A stretch of DNA of 64,000 nucleotides from NCBI GenBank assembly GCA_050613775.1, contig JBODTK010000001.1, positions 682,001-746,000 on the forward strand. Direction: 5' to 3'. Source of the stretch: Neocallimastix sp. 'constans' (taxonomy: Eukaryota). The position numbers were made by a program, and so were the translations under genes. Each line of letters opens with the position of its first letter. Position 1 is the first letter of the stretch. Of the stretch, positions 32,801 to 46,754 are shown one piece after another. The notes below the pieces were generated by a model. It made no database searches. It was given only the letters and a program-made list of their open reading frames with translations, and had not been told where the DNA came from.

Positions 32801-35543
32801 CAAAAAAAAAATTTTTTTTATGGTTTTTTTTAGTTACAATAATAATTATATAAAACTATAATATTTAAAAACAGAAATCTATAATCCAATAATATAAAAT
32901 AAAACAAGGTTATTCAATAAAGATATATTATGTTTTTTAAAAATTTTATTATTCAATTATATTATTAAAAATGAGGAAAAAGAATAAAAAAAAAAAAAGA
33001 GAAAAAAAACCAAAATCAAAATTTAAAATAGTAGAAGAGTCAAAAAAAATGTTTAATTAATTATATATATTTTAGTTACATATATTTTAACTAGCAATAC
33101 AAAAAAGGAGAATATGACCTTTATATGCTATTCTATTTTGGTTATGAATACATTTATAATAAATTATTAAAGTAAAATGAACAAAATAGAATTAAAATAA
33201 AATAGTATTATTTATACTATATTGTATTTTTATTTATATTATTTATGATATACTATGTTATTTGTAATTAACAGATAAATTATAACATATTAAATAAAAC
33301 TATGATTACATGTGGATACTTTGGGGATAATATGAAAAATAAAAAAGATAAAAAAGGAAAAATAGTTCTTTTGTTAATAAAAATTATAATAATAAATTTT
33401 AAAATGATTTGGTACTTTTTATTAATATAATTTTAATATTATAAAAGTTTTATACATTTTTTTCTTTACATGTGAATTAAATATGAAATTTATTCATATA
33501 ATAATAATAAAAAATGGTATTTAATATATAAAAATAGATTATATGATCATAAGAATTTTATTTTTGTTTCATTATTATAACTCTTAGCAATAATAAAATT
33601 TTAAAGCTTGAATCTACTAAGGATAAATTAAATTAAAAATATTTTACCTTTTTAAAAATTTTAATATGTTCAATTACTATCCTAAATATATTTATATTGA
33701 ATAAATAATTTAATACTGAATATATAATTAATATTTAAAAATATATATAAAAAATTTTTATTTTATTATTTCTTGTATAAAATTATTTTTATATATATAG
33801 AAATGTTTTATTTTTTATTTTCTTTTTTTATTCTTTTTTATTCTATTATTGTATTTTTTCTTATTTAGAATTATTTATATAGATGCAACATTTTAATTTT
33901 ATTTAAACATTTAAAATTAAAATTTTAAAATACTATTATTATTAAATTATTAAATTTTTTTAAAATATATTATTATATATTTGTATCATTTTATCCATAT
34001 ATATTATATATATTAATGTAAATTATCCATATATATTACAATATAATATTATAAATGTTTAATTTTTAATATATATATTTTTTACCAATGATATTTAATT
34101 AATAAAGAAAAATTTAATAATATGATAAATAAAATAGAGTTTATTTTTATTTTTAAATATTTTTGATACATAAAAGTGTTTTTTTTTCTTTTCCTTTTTT
34201 TTATTTTGATATATAAAAAAAAGTTTATTGTTTTTAATTATTTTTGATAAATAAAAAATAAATTATACATAAAGTTATAATTATAATCTTTTTTATTTTT
34301 TTTATATTATAGGACAGTATATAAATATAGAAGTGAGGCAAGATACACATTAAATAATTATGTAGTTAAAATATATATATATTTTTACCGTGGTAATTAA
34401 AGTAATATATATTTTTATAAAATAATTTAAATTAAAATGTAAAATTAACATTTAAACTTTTTTTTTCCATTTTATATTTTTATTTTTAATTAATATTAAT
34501 GAAATAGCATCTGATTTTGATTAGGATCTATATAATAGTATTACCTAAAAAAGTCATTTTATACATTATTTATATAAATACTATTTATAATACTTTTTTT
34601 TCTTATAATACAATTTATATTACTGTAATGTAACAATTTAGTGAAAGAGTATATTCTTCCTATATAATTAATTACTACTATGAATTAAATATATCTTTTA
34701 ATGTAATATTAAAAAAAAACAATAATATCAATAGTAATTATAATATTAAATAATAATGAATAGCATTAAAAATAATTAATATTAATAAATAATATTATTA
34801 AAAAAAAGTAAATTATATAATTTATTAATAAATAAAAATCACAATTCATTTATTTTTTTAATTACTTCTCTTTATTTTTTCATATAATAATTTAATAAAT
34901 TTTATTTTATTTTTTATTTTATTATTATTATTATTTTTTTTTATTAATATAAAATAGTTATATAATAAATAAAAAATTTTTTTAATTTTTTATTATTATT
35001 GAATATTTGATCAGTATAAAGTAATATATAGCATTAATTTATTATTAAAGTTGAATGAAATCAATTAAAAATTTTGAATTAAAGTTGATTTTAATTATTA
35101 TGAATTTAAAGTTTTTAAAATTTTATTGCAAATTGCAAATTGTGTAACAAGAATGATGAAATTTAATCTTTTTAATATAGGTTAATAATTAAATATGAAA
35201 GATATATAAAAACATGGATTTTTAACCACTATTCTATTTTTTTTTTTTTTTTTATTTATTTTATTTTATTTTATTATATTTTACTATATTATATTTTATT
35301 ATATTAGATTTTATTTAAAAACTTTTTTTATTTTAATAATTTAATTTAATTGTATATTATATATTAATATTTAGTTTAATTTGAATATATATATTAATAA
35401 TTAATTCTTATTTTTATTAAATATTTATATTAACATTTTATAAGAAAAAAATATTAATATATTAAAACAAAAAATTTATAAAAAAGGAAAAATTAATTTT
35501 ATATTATAAAAAATATATTTAATAGAATAAAATAAATCAGAAA

Positions 35544-36580
35544 ATGAAATATTATCAATATATTATCATCTTTTTTTGCATTTTTATTCAATTGATATGG
35601 TCTCATGGTATTCATCATCATGACGGTGAAGAAGGTGAAGAGGGTGAAGAGGGCCATGAACATAGTGAAAAAGAATACTCCGTAGGTGTTTCTATTGCTG
35701 GTGTTGCTGGTGTATTATTAAGTTCTTTTATGGGTACTGTTCTTCCAATTATTTTCAGAAAAAAAGATTACTTTAGAGAAGATACTGTTCTTTTCAGCTC
35801 AATTAAACTTTTTGGTACAGGTGTTATTCTATCTGTTGCTTTCATTCATATGCTTATTCCTGCTGGACAAATTTTATCTAGTGAATTTACTTATAAACTC
35901 TTTTATGAGGATTATACATCATTTGCTGGTGTATTTGCTATTCTAGGTATCATGCTTACACATATTATTCAAGTTTATACCAGTCATTTTCTTATTAAAA
36001 ATTCTGAAAGTCTTGAAGATGTGAAAAAAACTTCTCATGAACATGTTGGTGATGGATGTGCTGAAGATCAGCATGGACTTATGCACATGATGGAAAATAA
36101 AGAAAAACAAATTATTTGTTATTTATTAGAAATTGGTATTTCTCTTCATTCTATTTTAATTGGTGTTGCTTTTGGTATGACTAAAGATGAAGAACTTATT
36201 GTCTTAATGATTGCTTTAATTTTCCATCAATTCTTTGAAGGTATTTCTCTTTCTTCTGTATTCATTGAAGCTCATTTTAAACGTTTTACTGCTATTGCTA
36301 TTATGGTTGTTGTTTATTCCCTTACTTTACCATTTGGTGCCATCATTGGAATAATAATTCGTAGTGCTATTGAATCTACTGATAAAGCTTACCTTACAAC
36401 TCAAGGTATTATTGATGCTATTGCTGGAGGTATTTTAGTTTATGATGATCTTGTTAACATTCTTTCAAGACATTGTTCATCCAGTATGTTTAAACAATGT
36501 TCTATTATGAATAAGAATATTCAATTGTTATCTTTTTATTGTGGTATTGCTGTTATGGCTATTATTGGTATTTGGGCTTA

Positions 36581-36581
<1 letters not shown>
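35544..36581 (+). CDS. ZIP-family (Zrt/Irt-like) zinc/iron transporter
   Basis: 345 aa, signal peptide, HGIHHHD His/Glu-rich N-terminus, FGTGVILSVAFIHM, LEIGISLHSILIG, FHQFFEG motifs; intronless. Confidence 0.93.
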
Positions 36582-36624
<43 letters not shown>

Positions 36625-37811
36625 GTATATTAAACAATCAAACAATAATTTTTAGACAATTATATCTTTTTTAAAGAATATCTTATTCATTATATATATT
36701 ATATATATTATATATATTATATATATTATATATATTATAATTTTTTTAATTTTTTAATTCAATTTCTTTTTAAAACAAATATCAATATTTTTCTAAAAAA
36801 AAAATAAATATTTTTAAATTTTAAATTTATTTTAATTTTTGAAAAAAAATTTTTTATATTATGTTTATGAATAACTCGTTATTTTAAAATATATATATAT
36901 TTTTAGATATATATATATATATATATAAATTTCTTTTTGTATTTAGAAAAAGAATATATATAAATCATATTACTATTTTTTTTATTTGAAATAATTATTT
37001 AAATTTTAGGAAATAAAAAAAAATTATGTATTAATTAATGTATTAAATCATAAGAAATAAAACCATATATAAATTATAACACTATTTAATAAATATGTAT
37101 ATATATATATTTTATAGTCAAATGCTTGAAAAAAAATTATTATATGAACATAAATATTAATATATATTAGATACAGTAAATATATATATGATAATAACAT
37201 AACTTAAAGTATATATGTTATTTTTTTTATCATATATTTAGTAACATATTAACAAACATATGTTGTATATATATGATATTAAATATGAATATATATGTTA
37301 TATTTCTAAACGCATATATATGTCAAATATAATATATATTAATACATCAATTATGTGCTATATTTTTTAATATATGTGAAGTATATAATGAGTAACTATT
37401 TATACTTATATTTTAATATAGTAATAAAGTATAGGATAGAATTATATATGCTTATGTTTTTAATATATCTTACATGTATGTATATTAAATATAAAATTGA
37501 ATACTTTTTTTTTAAAATATATATATATATATTGTATTTAAATTTTATTAAAAAATAGAATAAAGATAGATAGATTAAAATAAAATTGTTAGACAGTTTA
37601 TTTTATTATATTAGATAAATTTATATATATAATAAAATCATAAAATTAATTTTAGTTAAAAAATATAGATAATTTATATTATATTTAAAAAAATATAGTT
37701 TAAAATGTCATAATGAAAATATTGCAAATTATTATTTTTTTTAACGATTATATCTACATAATAATTATCAAAAGTATTAAATATTTAATATAATTCCTTC
37801 TTTATAAATAC

Positions 37812-39480
37812 CTCAATGTTAATGAATTGTTTTTTATGACCATTGAGAGTTGAAAGAAAAGGAAAAGCCTGTATCAGGTGTACTAAATACAGTTTTCTGT
37901 AATTCTGATGATAATCAATAGTTATCCTCTCTTATGTGGCTTCTAGTACTAATAGAGAAAATATGGAATTTTGGAAGACTATAGAAAGCGAACCTAATTT
38001 TGTATATTGTTTTTAAACTGGATATGTAGTAACATTGGAGTTATATAATAAATAATATCATGTAGATTCTACATATTATCATTGTAATGAATCTATTATA
38101 TTTTTTTACTTTATCATTATTTTGTATATGTATTTTTCTATAGTATTATTTAAGCTCATGAAGCTATTATAAAATGGAAATGTAAGAGATTAATTTACTC
38201 CAAAGCTTGTGTTTAAGACTTTATTAATAGACGGAATTTTTTTTATAGTTTTTAACTACTAACATTTTATTTACCTTTTCATTTTTGTTTATATATGATT
38301 ACTTTACAGAAAATTATTACATTATACTGGACTTTTTTAATCGATTAGAAAATTAAAAATTCAAAGATAAAAAAAAAAAAAAGAGAGAGAGATTAATAAT
38401 AGAAAATCAAAAATATAAAAGATAAATAATTTTGTTCTCTATTACAGATATTGCAAAGACATTTATATTACTTAAATATTTTACAATACAAGATAAAAAG
38501 CAAAAAAGACACGGATCTCATTGTTTTCTGATAATTATTTTTAATTTTTCAAGATTTATTTTTTTTTATTTTATATTAATCTTTATATTTTTTTTTAGTT
38601 ATTAATATTTTTAGTTTACTTTAGTTTTTTCATTTTTTATCATTTTGTAATTTGTTGTTCATTATGGAAAAGATATTTCACAGAGAGGTTCTTGCTATTA
38701 TGGAACATCTATTGACAACACAAGGTTGATTTTTATCACTCATGGATCAATGCTAAAATGAAGGAATTTATTCATTCAAGATGAAAAAAATTCAAGAATA
38801 ATATTTTATCAGTGAAAAGAAATACTAAAATTCAATGATAGTTTCTTCAGGATAAAAGTATAGACTTCAAATTTAAGACACGTAAAAATTTACAAAAGTA
38901 TTTGAAAAAGAAATATCATAGGTTAAAATTTCATATTGTAGATATTCCAAATGGAATCATAAGGCTACTTTCATAATAATAGCACATTCAATAATATTAA
39001 CTCATCAAATCTCAGTTAAACTAATTTAATAAATGTTATAAATGGCAATCATGATCTCAATGTTTCCAATATACCAAATCGTATTTTTCCAAATTCAATT
39101 TCACATACTAACACAGGTCTTCTTTTTATTTTTATTTTATTTTTATCTTAGTTGGAATACCAATGGATAGAATTTTGTGACAAGAGATAGTTTTGAGTAC
39201 TTCAACACGATTTTTAAACCATTATTCCTATTTTTTTTAGGAAAAAGGTAATGATACCAATGATACAAGAACTTCATGTTTCTCTACATAAAAAGGGAGA
39301 CCATCAAATTGTAACAATCATCGTAACATCTCTCATATTAATAATGAATTAAAAATTGTGGCAAAAATCATCGCTAATAGAATTCCCTAAATATAGAATT
39401 GATAAAGGATTTATTAGACTAGAACAATTTGGATTTTGTAATGAGAAGAGTGTATAAGTCTTTACACTTCATTAAGAATT
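37812..39480 (+). mobile_element. Degenerate LINE copy (5' UTR, ORF1 relic, APE SWNTNG, RT KKGDP…IANRI…EQFGF relics)
   Basis: 5' UTR homologous to 26954-27510; AGTTGGAATACCAATGGA at ~39150; RT-domain remnants at 39290-39440. Confidence 0.72.
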
Positions 39481-39483
39481 ATA

Positions 39484-39560
39484 TATGGACTTGTACATGC
39501 AGCATTTACTAATCTGAAAGAGTTGTATTAAGAATATTTGGCATAAATAATAAATTTCAT
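39484..39560 (-). pseudogene. Relic exon 1 of a third CBM1-GH6 paralog
   Basis: Minus strand ATGAAATTTATT…GCTGCATGTACAAGTCCATAT aligns with exon 1 of both intact GH6 genes; frameshifted; the upstream motif TTTCATTGGTAAATAA is retained at ~39969. Confidence 0.72.
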
Positions 39561-40150
39561 TTTAAATAATTAAAGCTAAATAATAAAATGAAATATGAAT
39601 CTCTATATTATAAAAAAAGTATATATAATAATTTTACAAAAATAAAAATAATTCTTTTTAAACTATTTAATTAATAATAATAATATAGATAAAAAAAAAA
39701 GGAATCTTTTTTTTTCTCTCTTTTATAGAAACAGTCTTATTGGAATTTTTTTTTAACTTTAATTACAAAATAGAATTAAAAAATAAAACTAATAAAAATT
39801 AAATTTGATTTTTACCATTATACAATGTAAAGAAAATAAATCAAATTTGTGAAAATAATTTATAGTCATCCTTACTTTATTAAAAATATATAAATCATCA
39901 AAGAAAAAGTATTTAAGTAATTAAAATAATTGATTTTCATAAGTATATGTACATATAAATACCTTTTATTTCATTGGTAAATAATTTATTATACTAAAAT
40001 TTAATGGTAAAAAAAAATTACAATCATAATTTATTAATTTTTGTAAATATAAAAAATAAAATAAAATAAATAAGAAAATAAATAAATCTATTAATTTTTT
40101 ATTAATAACTAGTACGGTTATTAATAAAGTAATTTACTAATATTATTATA

Positions 40151-40885
40151 TTATAATTACAAATAACGATTTTAATCATTTTTTCTTTTTTTTTTTTTTT
40201 ATAAAAATATCTAAATAGAATAACCTTATAAAACATTTAGATTATTCAACAATTCATTTTATTATTAAAGAAAATTTATTTTTACATAATAAAGTATAAT
40301 TAATTTTTTTATTTAAAAAACAAATATTATTTTTATTATAATTAATAACTATTTAAAATCAATATTAATCATTATTTTTTTTTTATTTTTTAATAATTAT
40401 ATAAAATAAAAAAAAAAAAACTTAAAATGTACAAAACATTTTAATTGTACAACTTTTCCCTAAATAATTTTGATTTATTTTTATTTTTTTAAAAAAATGT
40501 AATTTTTATTTAAATAATTATAATTACAAATAACGATTTTAATCATTTTTTCTTTTTTTTTTTTATAAAAATATCTAAATAGAATAACCTTATAAAACAT
40601 TTAGATTATTCAACAATTCATTTTATTATTAAAGAAAATTTATTTTTACATAATAAAGTATAATTAATTTTTTTATTTAAAAAACAAATATTATTTTTAT
40701 TATAATTAATAACTATTTAAAATCAATATTGATCATTATTTTTTTTTTTATTTTTTAATAATTATATAAAATAAAAAAAAAAAAACTTAAAATGTACAAA
40801 ACATTTTAATTGTACAACTTTTCCCTAAATAATTTTGATTTATTTTTATTTTTTTAAAAAAATGTAATTTTTATTTAAATAATTA
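40151..40885. repeat. Near-perfect tandem duplication, period ~367 bp
   Basis: TTATAATTACAAATAACGATTTTAATC… begins at 40151 and 40518. Confidence 0.85.
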
Positions 40886-40997
40886 GATTATAAAACTAAA
40901 TTGTTCAACAATTTATTTTATAATACAAAATTTACAAAAAAAAATAATTACAATCTTTTTTATTTAATTCAATTAATAAATAATGAATTTAGACAAT

Positions 40998-42670
40998 TTA
41001 GAATTCTGGTTTAGCATTTGTTAATAATTGAACGAAATATTCATGGAACCATTGACCAGCATCTGGAGCTCCTGGAAGTGAATCAGATTTAGCACAACCT
41101 GGATCAGCTCTAGCTCCAGAAGAAGATCCATCTGCTTCTCCTGGAGTCTTAAGCCACATGTATGCATCTAATAATGGCATACCTGGGTTTGGATTACCCT
41201 TGGAACGTTCTCCAAATCCAGTACCAACTAAGTTACACCATGTATCGGAACTAATACCAACTCCATTACGGCCAGTATCAACAACGAAATGCATATCTGG
41301 AACTCCTACTGCTGAAAGTGCTGAAGCAAGCTTTTGATGATATCCATATTCTGAAGCAACTGGTTGATAGTTAGAAATATTAGTACTTAAACCACGAATC
41401 TTTCCATTTGGTGCATTATTTAAGATTTCTTTAATAACTGCTGCAACCTTATCTGTAGAATTACCTAACCAAGCTCCATGAGCTGCATCAATATAAACAC
41501 TAACATTACTCATACTACCGAAGACATTAACACCATAAGATAAAGCATTCTTGTGTAAGGTGTGAACATTCTTACAAGCTTCACTGTTAGCTGTAACAAG
41601 ATTACCAAGAGTATCTGGTTCAAGAATCATAACCACTTTTGAATTTGGATGACTCTTAATAGTGTTAGCAATGTTATCAACATGTCCCTTGTAAGCTTCA
41701 AGACTGGAGGCACCACCAGCTGAAGCATTAGCATTACAATCACGAGTTGGAATCATATACATAATGAAAACAACAGTTTTAGTACCAGCTGCTTCAAGAT
41801 GTTGAGCAACTTCTCCTGGAGCACCTTCCCAAGCTAACCAAACAGCAGTTGGAACACTTTTAACCTTTTCAGCCTTAGCCTTTAAATCACCATCTAATTT
41901 TGCCATAGAAGAATCGACTTCTTCAATAAACTTTGGGTTAGCGTAAATTTCATTTTGGAAGAAATTTTGAGAACTTCCATTTCCACCATTACCGGCAGGA
42001 GCTGGTTGTGGTGGAGCTTGTTGTGGAGGAGCTTGTTGTTGTGGAGCTTGTTGTGGAGGAGCTTGTGGTTGATTTTGGTTTTCCCATGGATTTTGTTGTT
42101 GTTGATTTTGATTTCCCCATGGATTTTGGTTTCCCCATGGGTTCTGTTGTTGTTGATTTTGGTTACCCCATGGATTTTGGTTTTCCCATGGGTTTTGTTG
42201 TTGTTGATTTTGGTTGCCCCATGGATTTTGATTATCCCATGCAGCTGCGTTAGAAGTAGGAGGTGCGGCTGCTGCTGGAGCTGGAGCTGCTGGAGCTGAA
42301 TTATCAACTTCACATTGAGCATACCATTCATTTATGGAAACACACTTGTATCCACTTTGACAACATTTTTCACCAGAAAAATTGTTTCTAATTGATTATA
42401 TTATATATTAAAAAAGATATAAATAAAAATAAAAATAAAAATTAATTTATTAATAATAATCGATTTATATCAATTTTATAAACTCCACTCCTATTCACAT
42501 ATACATAATTATATACATATTTAAATTTTTTTTTTTTTTTGTAAATTCATCAGTAACATTATTTAAAAAAATATATACCCTCCACATTGAGCATATGGAC
42601 CAGCACATGCAGCGTCAGTTAATTTGAAAAGAGCAGCACTAAGAATACTAGCACAAACAATAAATTTCAT
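40998..42670 (-). CDS. Secreted GH6 cellulase (cellobiohydrolase-type) with N-terminal CBM1; exons 42670-42579 and 42387-40998
   Basis: Signal peptide MKFIVCASILSAALF; GT-AG intron 42578-42388 joins CAGPYAQCGG|NNFSGEKCCQSGYKCVSINEWYAQC (CBM1); GH6 motifs PTAVWLAW, YMIPTRDC, ILEPD, DTGRNG, WLKTPGEADG. Confidence 0.94.
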
Positions 42671-43580
42671 TTTGAATAATTTAAAATAATCAATACAATA
42701 ACTTATAAATATATTTAATAATACAAAGCTTATTTATTTATTTTACAAATATTATATTTTTTTTATTATTTATTGTTTTTAAAAAAAAAAAAAAACAATT
42801 AAATTTATATATTACAAATAATTATTGATAAGAAAAAAAAAAAAAAAAAAAAGAAATCTTTTTCTGCTTTTATAAAAAAATTTTACTAATAATTTTTTCA
42901 TATATATTATCTGCTTAACAATTAAAAAAAATAATATAATATAAAATAAAATTAACCAAAATTAATGAAAATAAATTTTCATTAATTTTTATCTTTACTA
43001 TTATGTATTATAAAATAATAAATTAAGTTTTAAAAAATATAAATTATTGTTACACAAGCTTTATCAAAAATGAAACAGTCGTCCAAATTTTATTAAAAAA
43101 AAATTACAGTCGTCCAAGTTTTTATTATAAATGTAATGATTGTTCAAGTTTTATTTTAAATATTAATTAATGAATTAAAAATAATTAATTTTCAAAAGTA
43201 TTAATATTGTTTATATATGTACTATTTATTTCATTGGTAAATAAAATATTATAATGGTAGAAAAAAAATAAATTAATATCATTTTTTTTCTTCATTTTTA
43301 TTTTGTATATAAATTAAAGATAAAAATATATATTAATTACCAAAAAAAAAAAAAAAAAAATAATAATAATAATAATAAATAAATAAATAATAAATAAATA
43401 ATAAATAAATAAATAATATATAATATATATTAACAAATAAATAATAAACTTTATTAAAAATGATAGGATGCCGTTTAATTAAACTTTTTAAATTATATTA
43501 TTATTAATGTCATAACATTTTTTTTTTTTTTTTTTTTTTAAATTTTAATATTAATAACTTTATAAAATATCTTTTAAAGT

Positions 43581-43728
43581 TTTATTAAAAAAAATATAAT
43601 AATAATATATATATATATTTTTGTTACATTTATTAAAAAAAATATAATAATAATATATATATATATTTTTGTTATATTTATTAAAAAAAATATAATAATA
43701 ATATATATATATATTTTTGTTACATTTA
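43581..43728. repeat. AT-rich tandem repeat (~49 bp x3)
   Basis: Unit TTATTAAAAAAAATATAATAATAATATATATATATATTTTTGTTA(C/T)AT. Confidence 0.7.
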
Positions 43729-44339
43729 TGCAAATTTAAAATATATAAAATTGAAGTGAAAGAATAACGAAGTACACTCATTTTTAAGATAATATAATAT
43801 TTAATATATATATATATATATATATATATTTTTATATTAGTAATAAACTTTATTTTTTAATATATATTTAAAAAAAAAAAAAATTTATGAATTATATATA
43901 TATATATATATTTTTTTTAATATATATTAATAAATATACATAAATTTTTTTTAAAACTACATTATATAATTAGGGCCTCTAATTCTACCATATGAATTAA
44001 TATTATCATTTGAATTTTTTTTTTTTTTATGTTTTATTTTTAAACCAGGAAGCGAAATACACTTTCATTGTTTTATTTATTTAATTATTAAATAATATTA
44101 ATTTATTGTATAAATACAAAAAATACATTATAAATATATTAAAATAAAAAAGAATATATAAAAAATGTATCAAAGAAAAACAATATTAAAAATATAATTT
44201 AATAAAAAAAAAATTTATATAATACAATGAAAATAAAAAGAAATTTTGAGAATTATTATGTTATCATGATATAAATTAGAGATCATTTCTACCAAAAATA
44301 GTTAATAAAATAAAACAAAAATGTAACATTTGTTAAAGT

Positions 44340-44670
44340 AGATAACGTGGAGACCACTAAACTCTCTTTCTAACAAAAAGAAATATTACCAGGATATTCA
44401 ATTCCGTTTTGAAAAGAATGATTATTACTATTTAAGAATGAAACTATATTTTGAGATTCTATCAGTTACTATCTTTGAAACAATTTTTAAATTTTCATTA
44501 ATTAATGAAATTCCCATTAGTATCAGAATATTTTTTTTTTTCTGTCTTATTGTTTCGACGTAACGGTAGGTCAAATGGTATACAAATTGATCAAATTTTA
44601 AAATCACTAATCACAAATTAACATAACATTAAAAAGGTATTCCACATGCCCAAGAATAACATGGACCAAT
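44340..44670 (-). mobile_element. Dispersed repeat, probable LINE 3'-end relic
   Basis: 44545-44660 is homologous to 49595-49720 (GGTC.AATGGTATACAA…TCACTAATCACAA…AAGGTATT.CACA.GCCC). Confidence 0.5.
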
Positions 44671-45121
44671 TCATTATAAATTTTAAAATATAAAATAAAT
44701 TATCATTAAGAAAATAAATATAAATTTAATTGTCTTTTTGCATAAAATAATAATTTAAATTACATTTAATATTTTGTATAACCTCATTTTTGTAATGTTT
44801 CATTTTATTTTTCTTTTTTCATAATTTATAAAATTTTCACATAATTATATTACTTTTTTATTATTTTTAATTTTTCCTTTTTATATTTTAAAAATATTAT
44901 GAGTTTTTTATTAATTATCTTTAATAATAACTGTTATTTACATGTAAAATTCTAGATTTACAAAATATTTATTAAAAACGTTTCTCGCTAAATATTTATT
45001 TTTTTAAATTGTTCAACAATTTAAATATATTATAAAACTTTTTATATTAGATATAAATATTATGATTAATTATCATTAATAAAATATTTTGATAAATAAA
45101 AAAAAATTTTTTTTAAATAAT

Positions 45122-46754
45122 TTAGAATTCTGGTTTAGCATTATTTAATAATTGAACGAAATATTCATGGAACCATTGACCAGCATCTGGAGCTCCTGGA
45201 AGTGAATCAGATTTAGCACAACCTGGATCAGCTCTAGCTCCAGAAGAAGATCCATCTGCTTCTCCTGGAGTCTTAAGCCACATGTATGCATCTAATAATG
45301 GCATACCTGGGTTTGGATTACCCTTGGAACGTTCTCCAAATCCAGTACCAACTAAGTTACACCATGTATCGGAACTAATACCAACTCCATTACGGCCAGT
45401 ATCAACAACGAAATGCATATCTGGAACTCCTACTGCTGAAAGTGCTGAAGCAAGCTTTTGATGATATCCATATTCTGAAGCAACTGGTTGATAGTTAGAA
45501 ATATTAGTACTTAAACCACGAATCTTTCCATTTGGTGCATTATTTAAGATTTCTTTAATAACTGCTGCAACCTTATCTGTAGAATTACCTAACCAAGCTC
45601 CATGAGCTGCATCAATATAAACACTAACATTACTCATACTACCGAAGACATTAACACCATAAGATAAAGCATTCTTGTGTAAGGTGTGAACATTCTTACA
45701 AGCTTCACTGTTAGCTGTAACAAGATTACCAAGAGTATCTGGTTCAAGAATCATAACCACTTTTGAATTTGGATGACTCTTAATAGTGTTAGCAATGTTA
45801 TCAACATGTCCCTTGTAAGCTTCAAGACTGGAGGCACCACCAGCTGAAGCATTAGCATTACAATCACGAGTTGGAATCATATACATAATGAAAACAACAG
45901 TTTTAGTACCAGCTGCTTCAAGATGTTGAGCAACTTCTCCTGGAGCACCTTCCCAAGCTAACCAAACAGCAGTTGGAACACTTTTAACCTTTTCAGCCTT
46001 AGCCTTTAAATCACCATCTAATTTTGCCATAGAAGAATCGACTTCTTCAATAAACTTTGGGTTAGCGTAAATTTCATTTTGGAAGAAATTTTGAGAACTT
46101 CCATTTCCACCATTACCGGCAGGAGCTGGTTGTGGTGGAGCTTGTTGTGGAGGAGCTTGTTGTTGTGGAGCTTGTTGTGGAGCTTGTTGTGGAGCTTGTG
46201 GTTGATTTTGGTTTTCCCATGGATTTTGTTGTTGTTGATTTTGGTTACCCCATGGATTTTGATTTTCCCATGGATTTTGTTGTTGTTGATTTTGGTTGCC
46301 CCATGGATTTTGATTATCCCATTCAGCTGCGTTAGAAGTAGGAGGTGCGGCTGCTGCTGGAGCTGGAGCTGCTGGAACTGAATTATCAACTTCACATTGA
46401 GCATACCATTCATTTATGGAAACACACTTGTATCCACTTTGACAACATTTTTCACCAGAAAAATTGTTTCTAATTGATTATATTATATATTAAAAAAAAA
46501 TAAAAAAAATATAAAAAAAAAAAATAAAAATTAAATTATTAATAATAATCGATATATTTCAATTTTATAAACTCCACTCCTATTCATATATATATAATAA
46601 TATATGTATTTAAATTTCTTTTTTTTAAATTCATCTATAATATTATTTAAAAAAATATTTACCCTCCACATTGAGCATATGGACCAGCACATGCAGCGTC
46701 AGTTAATTTGAAAAGAGCAGCACTAAGAATACTAGCACAAACAATAAATTTCAT
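45122..46754 (-). CDS. Second CBM1-GH6 cellulase paralog; exons 46754-46663 and 46469-45122
   Basis: Same architecture, intron 46662-46470; the 302-aa catalytic region differs from the first copy only by T/N near the C-terminus. Confidence 0.94.

Noticed and set aside
41894..42331. Overlapping ORFs 41894-42331, 41955-42299, 42008-42253 and their equivalents at 46018-46413
   Set aside because: Alternative frames of the repetitive GH6 linker.
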